NCBI GenBank assembly: GCA_001805445.1
Contig: MHGF01000029.1
Span: 4,270 to 68,269, forward strand
Length of the DNA: 64,000 bases
From: Omnitrophica WOR_2 bacterium GWF2_43_52
GTDB taxonomy: Bacteria > Omnitrophota > Gorgyraeia > Gygaellales > UBA12090
Reading direction: 5' to 3'
The first letter of the stretch is position 1. Each line of letters begins with the position of its first letter. Both the position numbers and the translations under genes were made by a program. The notes under the pieces were generated by a model that worked only from the letters and a program-made list of their open reading frames with translations, was not told where the DNA came from and did not search any database. This document shows positions 53,875-64,000 of this stretch, piece by piece.

Positions 53875-54783
53875 TTGGCAGAAGAGTTAGTTAAGCAGTT
53901 ACTTGAAGCAGGGGTGCATTTTGGGCACCAGACAAAGCGCTGGAATCCTAAAATGGCGCCTTTTATTTTTGGAGAGCGCAACAATATCTACATTATAAAC
54001 CTTGAGAAAACAGTAGAGTATTTGCAGCGGGCTCGGGAGTTTCTAAAGGATTTAGCCAGAAAAGGCGAGATTGTGCTCTTTGTCGGCACGAAGAAGCAGG
54101 CCCAGGACATTATTGCCGAGCAGGCGAAAGCATGCGGAATGTATTATGTCCCTCATCGTTGGTTGGGCGGGCTTCTGACCAATTTTAAGACGATCGAGAA
54201 GTCAATCAACAGGCTCAAGGATATCGAGAAAATGAAAGAAGACGGCCGCATGAATAGCTACATCAAGAAAGAAGTGAGCATGCTGCTTAAAGAGCAAGAG
54301 AAGCTGGAAAAGAATCTTGGGGGCATTAAGGATATGGAACGCCTGCCGTCTGCTTTATTTGTTATTGATTCCAAAAAGGAATCGTTGGCAGTCGCTGAAG
54401 CGCGGAAATTGGGTATTCCTATTATTGGGCTTATTGATACCAATTGTAATCCTGATCTCATTGATTATCCTATCCCGGGTAACGATGACGCGATTAAATC
54501 AATCCGCCTTGTCACGACTCTCATCGCGGAATCTATCGCCGAAGGCAGAAAAGGATTCCTTGAGTATTTGGCACAGGTGAATATAAAAGCTCAGGCCGAT
54601 GAGGCAGCGATAGAAAGTCAAACAATAACCTTCGGCGAAGATGGAAACGTAAAAGAAGAAATTATCGCGTTAGCCGAAGAAGTCGTAGGCGTTGACAAGG
54701 AAGAAGCCGGTAAAAGGCCCCTGAAAGCGAAGCCCATAGATGCCGCAGCCGACCAAAGGGCAAAGAGGAAGGGTAAAAAATAA
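53875..54783 (+). CDS. rpsB: 30S ribosomal protein S2
   Basis: [26 protein letters not shown]; TTG start after GGAGG. Confidence 0.98.
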   Translation: MAEELVKQLLEAGVHFGHQTKRWNPKMAPFIFGERNNIYIINLEKTVEYLQRAREFLKDLARKGEIVLFVGTKKQAQDIIAEQAKACGMYYVPHRWLGGLLTNFKTIEKSINRLKDIEKMKEDGRMNSYIKKEVSMLLKEQEKLEKNLGGIKDMERLPSALFVIDSKKESLAVAEARKLGIPIIGLIDTNCNPDLIDYPIPGNDDAIKSIRLVTTLIAESIAEGRKGFLEYLAQVNIKAQADEAAIESQTITFGEDGNVKEEIIALAEEVVGVDKEEAGKRPLKAKPIDAAADQRAKRKGKK

Positions 54784-54936
54784 GCTGTTTTAGAATCAGA
54801 AGAGCCTTTTCGCGGATATGAGGCATGAAAGGCATGCTTCATGAGAAAACTACCGGATTTTCTGACTAAGGTAAGCGCGGGTTTAAGAAGAGATAATGAT
54901 AGTCGAAGCTATAGACGTTAGAGGTGAGGAGGTTTC

Positions 54937-55467
54937 ATGGGAATACATGGTTCTTTAGAATTAATCAAGCAATTGCGCGAAACTACTTCCTTGGGAGTGT
55001 CTGATTGCAGAAAGGCTTTGTACGAAGCAAAAGGAGATGTCACTAAAGCAAAAGATATTTTAATGAAGCGAGGCCTCGAGATCGCTGCTAAAAAATCCGA
55101 TCGGATAGCCAAGGCAGGCAGAATCGCGAGCTACATCCATCATGATAATAAAACCGGGGTTCTGGTTGAGGTAAATTCAGAGACTGATTTTGTGGCGCGC
55201 AATGAAGAGTTTATCAAGTTTTCCAGTGATGTGGCTCTGCATGTGGCAGCAATGAAGCCTCGCTATGTTAAGAGGGAAGATGTTCCGCAGGAAACGGTGA
55301 AGGAGCAGGCTGATGGAGAGGCTTTTTGTAAAGAGGCCTGCCTCTTGGAGCAGCCGTTTGTGAAGAATCCTTCTCTTACCATCAAGGAGTATCTTAATTC
55401 AATCATTGCTAAGGTGGGGGAAAATGTAATTATCCGGCGTTTTACGCGTTTTCAGATCGGAGAATAA
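54937..55467 (+). CDS. tsf: elongation factor Ts (short form)
   Basis: IKQLRE, EVNSETDFVA, LLEQPFVK. Confidence 0.95.
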   Translation: MGIHGSLELIKQLRETTSLGVSDCRKALYEAKGDVTKAKDILMKRGLEIAAKKSDRIAKAGRIASYIHHDNKTGVLVEVNSETDFVARNEEFIKFSSDVALHVAAMKPRYVKREDVPQETVKEQADGEAFCKEACLLEQPFVKNPSLTIKEYLNSIIAKVGENVIIRRFTRFQIGE

Positions 55468-55572
55468 AAATTCTGGCATATCCTTGAGCGTAATCATTCA
55501 ATGAATCAAGGATAATACTCTCCACTCTTTGCTGTAGGATACATAAGACAATAAACCTTTGTAACGGATACA

Positions 55573-56298
55573 ATGATCAAAAAGCCTGTTTATAAACGTG
55601 TGGTCCTGAAACTAAGCGGCGAAGCCTTGCAGGGCGCGCATCGCCACGGTATAGACCAGAAGACGCTTTTCTCCATTGCGACGCAAATAAAAGAAATTAA
55701 ACAGCTAGGGATTGAAGTCGCCCTTGTGCTGGGCGGCGGCAACATATTCCGGGGACAGGAAAATGTAGAGGCTAAGGGCCTTGATATGGACCGTTCGGTA
55801 GCCGATTATATGGGAATGTTGGCAACAGTGATCAACGGCATGGCGCTTCAAGACGCATTGGAAAAAATAGGCGTGGCTACTCGAATTATGACCGCTATAG
55901 AAATCAGGCAGGTCGCGGAATCCTATATCAGGCGGCGGGCCATGCGCCACTTAGAAAAGGGGAGAGTCGTCATTTTTGTAGCAGGGACGGGAAATCCTTA
56001 TTTCACTACCGATACCACAGCGGCATTAAGGGCAAAAGAAATTAATGCCCAGGTTGTATTAAAGGCAACGAAGGTCGATGGAGTATACGCGGCAGATCCC
56101 TTTAAAGTCAAGGGGGCCAAGAGGTTTTCCGAACTTAAGTATATTGATGTGGTAAGAAAGGGCTTGCGGGTAATAGATTCGACAGCTGTTACGTTGTGTA
56201 TGGAAAATAAACTTCCTATTATAATTTTTGATATGACCAAGGAAGGGAATATCCACAAGGTAATAATGGGCGAGAAAATAGGGACGATTATCCAGTAA
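55573..56298 (+). CDS. pyrH: UMP kinase
   Basis: [24 protein letters not shown]. Confidence 0.98.
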   Translation: MIKKPVYKRVVLKLSGEALQGAHRHGIDQKTLFSIATQIKEIKQLGIEVALVLGGGNIFRGQENVEAKGLDMDRSVADYMGMLATVINGMALQDALEKIGVATRIMTAIEIRQVAESYIRRRAMRHLEKGRVVIFVAGTGNPYFTTDTTAALRAKEINAQVVLKATKVDGVYAADPFKVKGAKRFSELKYIDVVRKGLRVIDSTAVTLCMENKLPIIIFDMTKEGNIHKVIMGEKIGTIIQ

Positions 56299-56302
56299 AA
56301 AG

Positions 56303-56410
56303 GCGGATATTAGGTAATCGGGTGATTGGGATTTGGGTGTCAGGGAATTGGGGATTAGGGACAGAAACCCCCCAATATCCAAATCCCGATACCCTGATTT
56401 CCCGGTCGCC
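56303..56410. repeat. octamer tandem/inverted hairpin element
   Basis: GGGTAATC/GGGTGATT-like units then CCCTGATT-like units; same interior family as 6238 and 17106. Confidence 0.75.
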
Positions 56411-56459
56411 GCATTTAAATATTATTGATAACATAGAGCAGCAGGATAGAGAGGTAAAT

Positions 56460-57020
56460 ATGGCAGTAAAAGACATAATAAAAGACGCGGATGAAAAGAT
56501 GAAGAAGGCTCTCGAGGCGATGCAGAGAGAATTTTCGGAAATTAGTACCGGGAGGGCAAACCCTCATATGGTAGAGGGCTTGCGTGTTGAGTGTTACGGC
56601 TCTCCGATGCTTTTAAAGCAATTAGCATCGATTAGTGTTCCCGACGCGCGGACACTATTGATTCAGCCCTGGGATACCACAGTCATTCCGGAAATAGAGA
56701 AGGCAATTTTGAAATCAAACCTTGGGGTTAGCCCGGTTAATGATAAGAAAGTGGTAAGGCTTGCAATCCCGCAACTTTCTAAAGACAGGCGCGATGAGCT
56801 GGCCAAAGTGGTAAAGAAAATGGCAGAAGAAGGAAGAATCTCCTTGCGGACTATTCGCCGAGACATGAAAGAAGCTATTGATAAGCTGGAGAAGGATAAA
56901 CGTATTTCAGAAGATGATAAATTCAAAGGCCATGACAGTTTGCAGAAAGTGATGGATTCTCACATAGAGAGAGTTGATCAGATATTGGCAGCAAAAGAAA
57001 AAGAATTGGCCGAATTCTAA
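56460..57020 (+). CDS. frr: ribosome recycling factor
   Basis: TGRANP, IQPWD; SD GAGGT before ATG 56460. Confidence 0.95.
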   Translation: MAVKDIIKDADEKMKKALEAMQREFSEISTGRANPHMVEGLRVECYGSPMLLKQLASISVPDARTLLIQPWDTTVIPEIEKAILKSNLGVSPVNDKKVVRLAIPQLSKDRRDELAKVVKKMAEEGRISLRTIRRDMKEAIDKLEKDKRISEDDKFKGHDSLQKVMDSHIERVDQILAAKEKELAEF

Positions 57021-57021
57021 A

Positions 57022-57117
57022 ACACGAATTATCACGAATGAAAAGCCGAATTAACACGAATAAAAACCATGCGGTTAATTCGTGTTATTTTGATTCAAAT
57101 TCGTGTAAATTCGTGTT
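57022..57117. repeat. CACGAAT tandem/inverted hairpin element
   Basis: First 40 nt nearly identical to 289-328. Confidence 0.85.
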
Positions 57118-57120
57118 TAT

Positions 57121-57193
57121 GGGCCGCTAGCTCATCAGGTAGAGCATCGGCTTTTTAAGCCGAGTGTGCCGTGTTCGAGTCACGGGCGGCTCA
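57121..57193 (+). tRNA. tRNA-Lys(UUU)
   Basis: Cloverleaf; TCGGC-TTTTTAA-GCCGA anticodon arm; TTCGAGT loop; no encoded CCA. Confidence 0.9.
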
Positions 57194-57372
57194 TTTTTAT
57201 AATTTCGCAGGTGACGTAGAACACAAGGGGGTTGAGGGGGAAGCATTTCCCCCTCGCTTTCGGGGTAACAGTCCGCCACGATTTTTGGCGGACGCCATAG
57301 GGGCAGTGGTTCGATTTTGCTTACCATCCTTCGAATCATCCTGAGCGAAGTCGAAGGAAGCCTCTTTGGATA

Positions 57373-57399
57373 GTGTTCGAGTCACGGGCGGCTCATTTT
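57373..57399 (+). repeat. 27 bp duplicate of the tRNA-Lys 3' end (att-like)
   Basis: GTGTTCGAGTCACGGGCGGCTCATTTT equals 57171-57197. Confidence 0.9.
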
Positions 57400-57504
57400 A
57401 AGTGTAAAGTGTGTAAGTGTAAAGTGTGTAAGTGGGATGAGTGTGTATGAGATTCACGAAACTTTACACTTACGCACGTACACACTTTTTGTCTGCCTTA
57501 CCGA

Positions 57505-57586
57505 GGGCGGATGGCGGAATTGGCATACGCGATAGCCTTAGGAGCTATTGGGGAAACCCTTGGAGGTTCAAATCCTCTTCCGCCCA
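57505..57586 (+). tRNA. tRNA-Leu(UAG)
   Basis: GGGCGGA acceptor, ATAGC-CTTAGGA-GCTAT, long variable arm. Confidence 0.93.
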
Positions 57587-57886
57587 GTACATCAGAACTA
57601 AGAGCTAAGAATTTAGTTTGTAGCCACAGGTGGCTTTTTAACAATATCCTGCCTTCGGCAGGATAATTGTTGTAAGCAAACATAGCCGATTGTTAAAAAG
57701 CCAAAGGGGTGCGGGGAAGGAATTTTCCCCGCGCTGTTGGGGTGACAGCCCTAACGTAACTTCGGGGCGCCATAGGGGCGAAGCCCCTATGGGGAGTGAA
57801 CGTCCGTCAATAGGAGATAAGTTTTTGATAAGGCAAAAAGCTTTATTTGTTTACTTGCTAGCCTTGAATAGTCTATAGTGAACGAC

Positions 57887-57959
57887 GCGGGAGTAGCTCA
57901 GTTGGTAGAGCGCAACCTTGCCAAGGTTGATGTCACGGGTTCGAATCCCGCCTCCCGCT
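57887..57959 (+). tRNA. tRNA-Gly(GCC)
   Basis: GCGGGAG acceptor, CAACC-TTGCCAA-GGTTG; one A:C mismatch in the T-stem. Confidence 0.92.
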
Positions 57960-57961
57960 TA

Positions 57962-58082
57962 TTTACCCCAGTAGAGAAAGCCACCGAATTTATTCGGTGG
58001 TCATCACCTTATAAAGTCGACGGTGGTTTAATGCCACCGTTGGCGCGGACCGTTAGAGAACGTAATTCTCTAACGGGGTTTA
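57962..58082. repeat. MITE-like inverted-repeat element
   Basis: ACCCCAGTAGAGAA ... TTCTCTAACGGGGT ends with three inner hairpins. Confidence 0.65.
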
Positions 58083-58163
58083 CTTTAGCGTGGAAGTTTT
58101 CATTGTATTTTTAGTTTAACAAGTTGTTGCTATCGGTATTGTGTTGAAGGAGGAATGACTCGT

Positions 58164-58634
58164 ATGAAAATTATAGAGTTTCTGTCGAAAGACGCAATGA
58201 GCGCAGATATTAAAGCAACCAAAAAGGAGGATGTGCTCAAGGAAATGGTTGATTTGCTTGTCTCTGCCCAAGCGATCGATAAAAAATGCCGCAATAAACT
58301 TGTCGAGCAGCTTATGGCAAGAGAAGCGTTAGGTTCAACCGCGATTGGACAGGGAGTAGGAATACCCCATACTAAATCGGATTGCGTCAATAAGCTTACT
58401 GCTGCCTTTAGCCTGTCGCAAAAGGGCGTTGATTTTGATTCCCTTGACGGAGAGAAAGTGTATATCTTTTTCCTGCTTATTGCCCCTATAGATTCCGCGG
58501 GCCCTCATTTAAAGGCCTTGGCCAGGATTTCCCGTCTTCTTAAAGACAAATATTTCCGTGACAGCCTTAAGGAATGTAAAGATGAAAAGGCTATTTTTAA
58601 AATCATCATTCAGGAGGATGAAAAAAGAGTATAG
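58164..58634 (+). CDS. PTS EIIA (PtsN/fructose-type)
   Basis: REALGSTAIGQGVGIPH, HLKALARISR; alternative ATG 58155. Confidence 0.9.
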   Translation: MKIIEFLSKDAMSADIKATKKEDVLKEMVDLLVSAQAIDKKCRNKLVEQLMAREALGSTAIGQGVGIPHTKSDCVNKLTAAFSLSQKGVDFDSLDGEKVYIFFLLIAPIDSAGPHLKALARISRLLKDKYFRDSLKECKDEKAIFKIIIQEDEKRV

Positions 58635-58722
58635 CCCTCTAGGTGTTTTTAGATGAGCCATTGGCGGTTGTGGCAGGAAAAGAGATTCATTATGGCAGCG
58701 AAGCTATGCTTTGTTGGTACGA

Positions 58723-59970
58723 ATGAAGAATAATTCAAATATATTCTTTAAGGTAATAAAGTGGCTTTATCCTGGAATGAGGGTAAAACGATGGATTGCC
58801 TTGCTTACCCTTGCGGTAGTACTGATTACTTTTGGCAGCGCCCGCCTTTTGGTTGAGCCGAGTGTCTTTTACCGCGCGTTTTATATTTTAGCGATATTTA
58901 CCGGTGTGTTCTTAGGCATTCTTGGCTTACGTAATATCCTTGGCTCGTTTATTAATGTCTTTATACCGCCCGGTGAAAGAGAAATCGTAGATATGATCTA
59001 CCGCAAGCGTTATCTCGAGAAAGGGCCGCGGATTGTTGCTATCGGAGGAGGCACAGGGTTATCAGCATTACTCTACGGACTCAAGGAGTATACTTCTAAT
59101 ATTTCGGCAGTAGTTACCGTGGCTGATGATGGCGGTTCTTCAGGAAGGATACGGCAGGAATTCGATATCCTTCCACCCGGGGATATACGCAATTGCCTTG
59201 TGGCGCTAGCGGATGCGCCGAGTTTGATGCAGGATTTATTCCAATTCCGGTTTGATACCTCAAGTGAATTGTCCGGGCACAGTTTTGGGAATTTATTTAT
59301 TACCGTTATGACGAAACTCACCGGTGATTTTGAGAAAGCGGTTAAGGAATCAAGCAAGGTCCTGGCGATACGCGGCCAGGTAATACCATCAACGTTAAAT
59401 AAGGTATCGTTGGTTGCCCGCTACAGAGATGGTACAACTACCGAGGGAGAGGCCTCAATACCGAAAAAAAAACAGCCTATCGCGAAGATATCATTAAAAC
59501 CTCAGGATGCTATTGCTACTCCTGAGGCCCTCAAGGCAATTTCCGAGGCACAGGCTATTATCCTTGGGCCGGGGAGTTTATATACGAGCGTTATTCCGAA
59601 TCTTTTGATTAAGGAAATCAGAGACGCGGTTACCGCCAGCAGCGCCTTAAAAATATATATATGCAACGTCATGACACAGCTCGGAGAAACTGAAGGCTAT
59701 AGTGCTTTTGACCATATCAAGGCGGTCATCGACCATAGTTCTCCCAAGATCATTGATTACTGCGTTGTGAATGTTACCCACATAGCCAAGGAGTTATTGG
59801 ATAGATATAGCCATGAATATTCATATCCTGTAGTTGTTGATATGGAAAAGATACGGCATGCCGGCTATAGGGTTATCGAGGCGGACATCATCAACGCGAA
59901 AGATTATGTGCGCCATGATTCGGGGAAGCTCGCGCGTATTATTAGCGATTTGATTCAAGAAAACTTTTAA
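58723..59970 (+). CDS. YvcK/GlmR (CofD-like) protein with N-terminal TM segments
   Basis: GGGTGL, VADDGGSSG, PPGDIRNC, GPGSLYTS, RHD. Confidence 0.92.
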   Translation: MKNNSNIFFKVIKWLYPGMRVKRWIALLTLAVVLITFGSARLLVEPSVFYRAFYILAIFTGVFLGILGLRNILGSFINVFIPPGEREIVDMIYRKRYLEKGPRIVAIGGGTGLSALLYGLKEYTSNISAVVTVADDGGSSGRIRQEFDILPPGDIRNCLVALADAPSLMQDLFQFRFDTSSELSGHSFGNLFITVMTKLTGDFEKAVKESSKVLAIRGQVIPSTLNKVSLVARYRDGTTTEGEASIPKKKQPIAKISLKPQDAIATPEALKAISEAQAIILGPGSLYTSVIPNLLIKEIRDAVTASSALKIYICNVMTQLGETEGYSAFDHIKAVIDHSSPKIIDYCVVNVTHIAKELLDRYSHEYSYPVVVDMEKIRHAGYRVIEADIINAKDYVRHDSGKLARIISDLIQENF

Positions 59971-60049
59971 AAATAGTTTTCAGCCGAAGGCTGATAGCTT
60001 GCGCCGTAGGCGCATCCGCCTGCGGCGGAGATAACTGATAGCTAAAGAA

Positions 60050-60394
60050 ATGCATACTGTAAAAAAGAAAATAATAGTGAAAAACAAGCTCGGCCTTCAT
60101 GCCCGGCCGGCTGCTTTGTTTGTGCAAATCGCGAATAAATTTGAAGCTGATGTTAAGGTTACCAAGGATGATATGGAAGTTAATGGTAAGTCCATCATGG
60201 GAATATTGATGCTTGCGGCAGAAAAGGATAGCACTATCACTATTGTAACTACAGGAAAAGATGCTCATGAGGCAATGGCTGAGCTTGAGAAAATGGCAGG
60301 GACCGATGATATGGAGCAGATGCTTAAACCTGTCAATCCAGTGCCGGCAGAGAGAAATCCATCAAAACATGGTGAAAAGAAGGCGAAGAAATGA
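60050..60394 (+). CDS. ptsH: HPr phosphocarrier
   Basis: GLHARPA (His15), GKSIMG (Ser46). Confidence 0.93.
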   Translation: MHTVKKKIIVKNKLGLHARPAALFVQIANKFEADVKVTKDDMEVNGKSIMGILMLAAEKDSTITIVTTGKDAHEAMAELEKMAGTDDMEQMLKPVNPVPAERNPSKHGEKKAKK

Positions 60395-62127
60395 TTAACT
60401 TAAAGGGGATCCCTGCATCAGGGGGCATTGCTATAGGCCCGGCCTATTTATGGACAAAAGAGGAGCTCATTGTCCCCAAGCAGGTTATTTCAGATGACCA
60501 GATTGCAACCCAAATCCAGATTTTTGAAGAAGCATTAATTAAAACGCGCCGTGAGATCCTGGATTTGCAGAAGAAAATAGCAGATGAGATGGGGCAGGAT
60601 GAGGCGGAAATTTTTGATGCTCATCTTCTCGTTCTTGAGGACCGCACGATTATAGAAGAAGTAATTTCCCAGTTGAAGAAGGATAAGCTTAGTGCCGCGT
60701 ATGTCTTTCAGGATGTGCTGCGTAAGTATGTTCAGGTATTTTTAAGGATTGAGGATGAATACCTTAAAGAGCGGGTGAGCGATATTAACGATGTAGGCAG
60801 GCGTGTGCTGCGTAATCTTTTGGGCAAAACCGCTAAGCCTCTTGAAGAACTCCAGGAAAAGGTCATTTTGGTTTCGCATGATTTGTCTCCTTCAGATACG
60901 GCAATGATGCATAGGAAAAATGTCTTGGCGTTTGTGACTAATGTAGGAGGCAAGACTTCTCATACCGCGATTATGGCTAAATCTATGGAGATACCAGCCG
61001 TTGTCGGCCTTGAAGTGGCAACGCTTAAGATTAAAACCGGCGATACCCTTATTATTGATGGAAGCACGGGATTGGTTTTTATTGATCCTGACAGCCAGAC
61101 GCTGGAAAGCTATCAGCGGCAAAAAACAGCATTTAAAGATACTACTCAGCGTTTTATCGGCCTCAAGGATAAGCCCGCCCTCACGCTTGACGGAACGCGC
61201 GTGCATATAGCGGCGAATATAGAACTTCCTGATGAAATCCCTTCCCTCAAAGAGCATGGGGCAGATGGGATAGGGTTGTACCGCACGGAATTTTTCTATA
61301 TGAACAGGGTTGACCTGCCCACAGAAGAGGAGCATTATGAAGCATACAAATTTGTCGCGGAGGCGATGAACCCTCATTCTGTTACTATCCGGACCTTGGA
61401 TTTAGGAGGGGATAAGTTTATATCTCACTTGGAGATTCCTCGTGAGATGTCTCCGTTCTTGGGGTGGAGGGCAATCCGTTTTTGTTTGGCGCGGCCCGAT
61501 ATGTTTAAGTCGCAGCTGCGGGCGATCCTCAGGGCGTCAGCCCACGGGAAGCTTAAGCTTATGTACCCTATGATTTCCGGGATTGAAGAGTTGAGGCAGG
61601 CAAATGTGCTTTTGGAAGAATGTAAAAATGAATTGCGCCAGCGTAAGAGCCCTTTTGATGAGTCAATTGAAGTAGGGGCAATGATTGAGGTGCCTTCCGC
61701 GGCAATGACCGCCGACATTCTGGCACGAGAGGTTGATTTCTTCAGCATTGGCACCAATGACCTGATTCAATATTCTATAGCGGTTGACCGCAGCAACGAG
61801 AAAGTAGCGTACCTTTATGAACCCGCGCATCCGGGGGTGCTGCGTTTTATAAAACACATTATTGATATAGGCCATGCCGCGGGTATTCGTGTGGGGATGT
61901 GCGGGGAAATGGCAGGGGATTCGCTTTTTAGCCTGGTATTGCTGGGTTTGGGTTTAGATGAATTCAGTATGCCTTCGGTGATGATTCCTGAAATAAAACA
62001 TGTCATTCGTTCTGTGACGATGGCTCAGGCAAGCCAGATTGCTACCCAGGCGTTATCGTTACCAACGGCAAAGGAAGTTGAAAGCTTTATCCAGAGTAAA
62101 TTGGATGAATTAGAGATTGTGCGCTAA
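60391..62127 (+). CDS. ptsI: PTS enzyme I
   Basis: GGKTSHTAI, GLYRTEF, SIGTNDLIQY, CGEMAG. Confidence 0.96.
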   Translation: MINLKGIPASGGIAIGPAYLWTKEELIVPKQVISDDQIATQIQIFEEALIKTRREILDLQKKIADEMGQDEAEIFDAHLLVLEDRTIIEEVISQLKKDKLSAAYVFQDVLRKYVQVFLRIEDEYLKERVSDINDVGRRVLRNLLGKTAKPLEELQEKVILVSHDLSPSDTAMMHRKNVLAFVTNVGGKTSHTAIMAKSMEIPAVVGLEVATLKIKTGDTLIIDGSTGLVFIDPDSQTLESYQRQKTAFKDTTQRFIGLKDKPALTLDGTRVHIAANIELPDEIPSLKEHGADGIGLYRTEFFYMNRVDLPTEEEHYEAYKFVAEAMNPHSVTIRTLDLGGDKFISHLEIPREMSPFLGWRAIRFCLARPDMFKSQLRAILRASAHGKLKLMYPMISGIEELRQANVLLEECKNELRQRKSPFDESIEVGAMIEVPSAAMTADILAREVDFFSIGTNDLIQYSIAVDRSNEKVAYLYEPAHPGVLRFIKHIIDIGHAAGIRVGMCGEMAGDSLFSLVLLGLGLDEFSMPSVMIPEIKHVIRSVTMAQASQIATQALSLPTAKEVESFIQSKLDELEIVR

Positions 62128-62136
62128 GTTTATACA

Positions 62137-62913
62137 ATGAAAACATTGATATTAGCCGCAGGCTACGGCACGCGGCTTTACCCATTAACCAAAGAGTATC
62201 CTAAGCCGCTTCTTCCTGTGGCCAAAAGGCCCATACTTGACTATATTGCTGAAAAGTTGGCCAGGATTAAAGAAATAACGCAGCTACAGGTAATAACGAA
62301 TGATAAATACTATAAAAATTTCTTGGCCTGGGCGGATAATTTTAAAAAGTCTTCTCGTAAGTATCAGCGACTATCTATAAACGTACTCAATGACGGCACA
62401 AAAAGCGTGGAAGACCGCTTAGGAGCAATTGGGGATATACATTTTGCCCTGCGTCAGGAAGAGAGTACGGAGGATGTCCTTATTTTTGGAGGGGATAATC
62501 TTTTTGAGGAAAGCCTGGATAGTTTTATCGCGTTTGCCTTAAGCAAGAAGCCGCAGGCAAGTATCGGTGTTTATGATATCGGGCAAAGGGAACTTGCTGC
62601 CAAATATGGAGTCGTGAGCCTGGATACCAGTAATCAAATTGTTGATTTTGTGGAAAAGCCCTCTGTGCCGCGGTCATCATTGATTGCGACATGCCTTTAC
62701 TATATTCCTCGGGAAAAAGTAAAGTACATTAATGAATATGTCCAGAGCGCGCATACGGAAAAGGATGCCAGCGGCAGTTTTATACGTTGGCTAAGCAGCA
62801 AAGAAACGGTGTATGGCTTTGTTTTTAATAAGCATTGGTATGATATAGGTGATCCGCAGGTGTATCAGGAAGCGGATAAGGTGTTTGAAAAATTTAAAAA
62901 AGGAGAAGAGTAG
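62137..62913 (+). CDS. sugar-phosphate nucleotidyltransferase
   Basis: LAAGYGTRLYPLT..PKPLL, FVEKP, WYDIG. Confidence 0.9.
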   Translation: MKTLILAAGYGTRLYPLTKEYPKPLLPVAKRPILDYIAEKLARIKEITQLQVITNDKYYKNFLAWADNFKKSSRKYQRLSINVLNDGTKSVEDRLGAIGDIHFALRQEESTEDVLIFGGDNLFEESLDSFIAFALSKKPQASIGVYDIGQRELAAKYGVVSLDTSNQIVDFVEKPSVPRSSLIATCLYYIPREKVKYINEYVQSAHTEKDASGSFIRWLSSKETVYGFVFNKHWYDIGDPQVYQEADKVFEKFKKGEE

Positions 62914-64000
62914 ATGGAAAAACGCAGGTATTTGTTTACTTCGGAATCAGTCGGTGAGGGCCATCCGGATAAGGTCTGTGACCAGATATCGGACGGTATT
63001 TTAGATTGTGTTTTACGCCAGGATCCTTATGGAAGGGTTGCCTGTGAAACATACGTTACCATGGGGCTTCTTATTGTCGGTGGTGAAATTACCACTACAG
63101 GTTTTGTAGACGTGCATAATTTAACCAGGAACATATTAAAGGAAATTGGCTACGATCATCCCAAGTATGGTTTTGATTATCATACCTGCGCGGTTATTAA
63201 TACCATCCACAGCCAGTCTCCGGATATTGCCCAGGGAGTAAATACCGGAGGCGCCGGCGATCAGGGATTTATGGTTGGGTATGCCTGTAGGGAAACCCCT
63301 GAACTTATGCCGCTTCCCATTATGCTCGCGCACCATTTGGTAAGGAAAACTGCTGAGGTAAGAAGGGCAAAGATTCTCAAATATCTCGGCCCTGATTGTA
63401 AGAGTCAGGTGAGCGTGGAATATGTTGATGGACATCCTAAGCGAGTGGATTCCGTGGTTATTGCCTGCCAGCACACTGAGGAAATCCTTGATAGCTCAGG
63501 CATGCATATCACCAAAAAAGCGAAGCAGGAAATTATCGATGAGATTGTCAAGCCTATAGTGAAAGAGTATTTAGATAAAGACACCAAGTTTTATATCAAT
63601 GAAACCGGAAAATTTGTGGTTGGTGGCCCTCAATCGGATACCGGAATGACTGGGCGAAAGATAGTGGTTGATACCTATGGCGGAATGGTTGCTTCAGGAG
63701 GCGGGGCGTTTTCCGGGAAAGACCCGACAAAAGTTGACCGTTCGGCCGCCTATATGGGCAGGTACATTGCCAAGAATATCGTTGCCGCGGGTATCGCCGA
63801 GAAATGCCTTATTCATGTTGCCTATGTTATCGGCAAGGCGGAGCCTTTGGCGGTAATGGTTGATACCTACGGGACAGGAAAGATTTCTGAGCCCGCGATA
63901 GAAAAGCTTATTAAGAACAATTTTGATATGACCCCTCAGGGGATGATTCAGAGCCTGGATTTGCTCAGGCCTATATACAGGAAAACTGCTTGCTATGGGC
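62914..64000 (+). CDS. metK: S-adenosylmethionine synthetase, 3'-truncated
   Basis: [35 protein letters not shown]; missing from the ORF track because no stop falls in the window. Confidence 0.97.
   Translation, partial: MEKRRYLFTSESVGEGHPDKVCDQISDGILDCVLRQDPYGRVACETYVTMGLLIVGGEITTTGFVDVHNLTRNILKEIGYDHPKYGFDYHTCAVINTIHSQSPDIAQGVNTGGAGDQGFMVGYACRETPELMPLPIMLAHHLVRKTAEVRRAKILKYLGPDCKSQVSVEYVDGHPKRVDSVVIACQHTEEILDSSGMHITKKAKQEIIDEIVKPIVKEYLDKDTKFYINETGKFVVGGPQSDTGMTGRKIVVDTYGGMVASGGGAFSGKDPTKVDRSAAYMGRYIAKNIVAAGIAEKCLIHVAYVIGKAEPLAVMVDTYGTGKISEPAIEKLIKNNFDMTPQGMIQSLDLLRPIYRKTACYG

Noticed and set aside
54937-55467. truncated EF-Ts pseudogene
   Set aside because: Short EF-Ts forms are well known and the motifs are intact.
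56322-56459. N-terminal extension of Frr
   Set aside because: Translation of an intergenic repeat hairpin; SD precedes ATG 56460.
57127-58114. short ORFs across the tRNA region
   Set aside because: They overlap tRNAs and palindromic repeats and show no protein-like signal.

Overview
64 kb of mostly + strand genes from an AT-leaning diderm bacterium (lpxB, msbA present). The giant SSP-linked secreted proteins suggest Candidatus Omnitrophota, but this is an inference. Housekeeping blocks: pstC-pstA-pstB-pstB-phoU; a nitrogen cluster (GAF-ANTAR regulator, sigma factor, P-II, amt, P-II, GS type III, gltB, gltD); the F1Fo operon; pyrG; lpxB/msbA; rpsB-tsf-pyrH-frr; three tRNAs; PTS genes; and partial metK. 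The most striking feature is a pair of paralogous signal-peptide proteins (about 2955 aa and 813 aa). They share N- and C-terminal domains around a variable cargo split by (A/T)ASP[LV] linkers. In the large one the cargo includes a GDP-sugar phosphorylase-like domain, a full PGK and an apparently circularly permuted triosephosphate isomerase, and the linkers reuse one GC-rich 11-mer at the DNA level. Also notable: many palindromic or tandem micro-elements, several inserted in frame into conserved genes; an ANTAR-type attenuator ahead of the nitrogen cluster; and a PstB pair with complementary motif degeneracy. All calls come from reading motifs by eye; no database searches were run.
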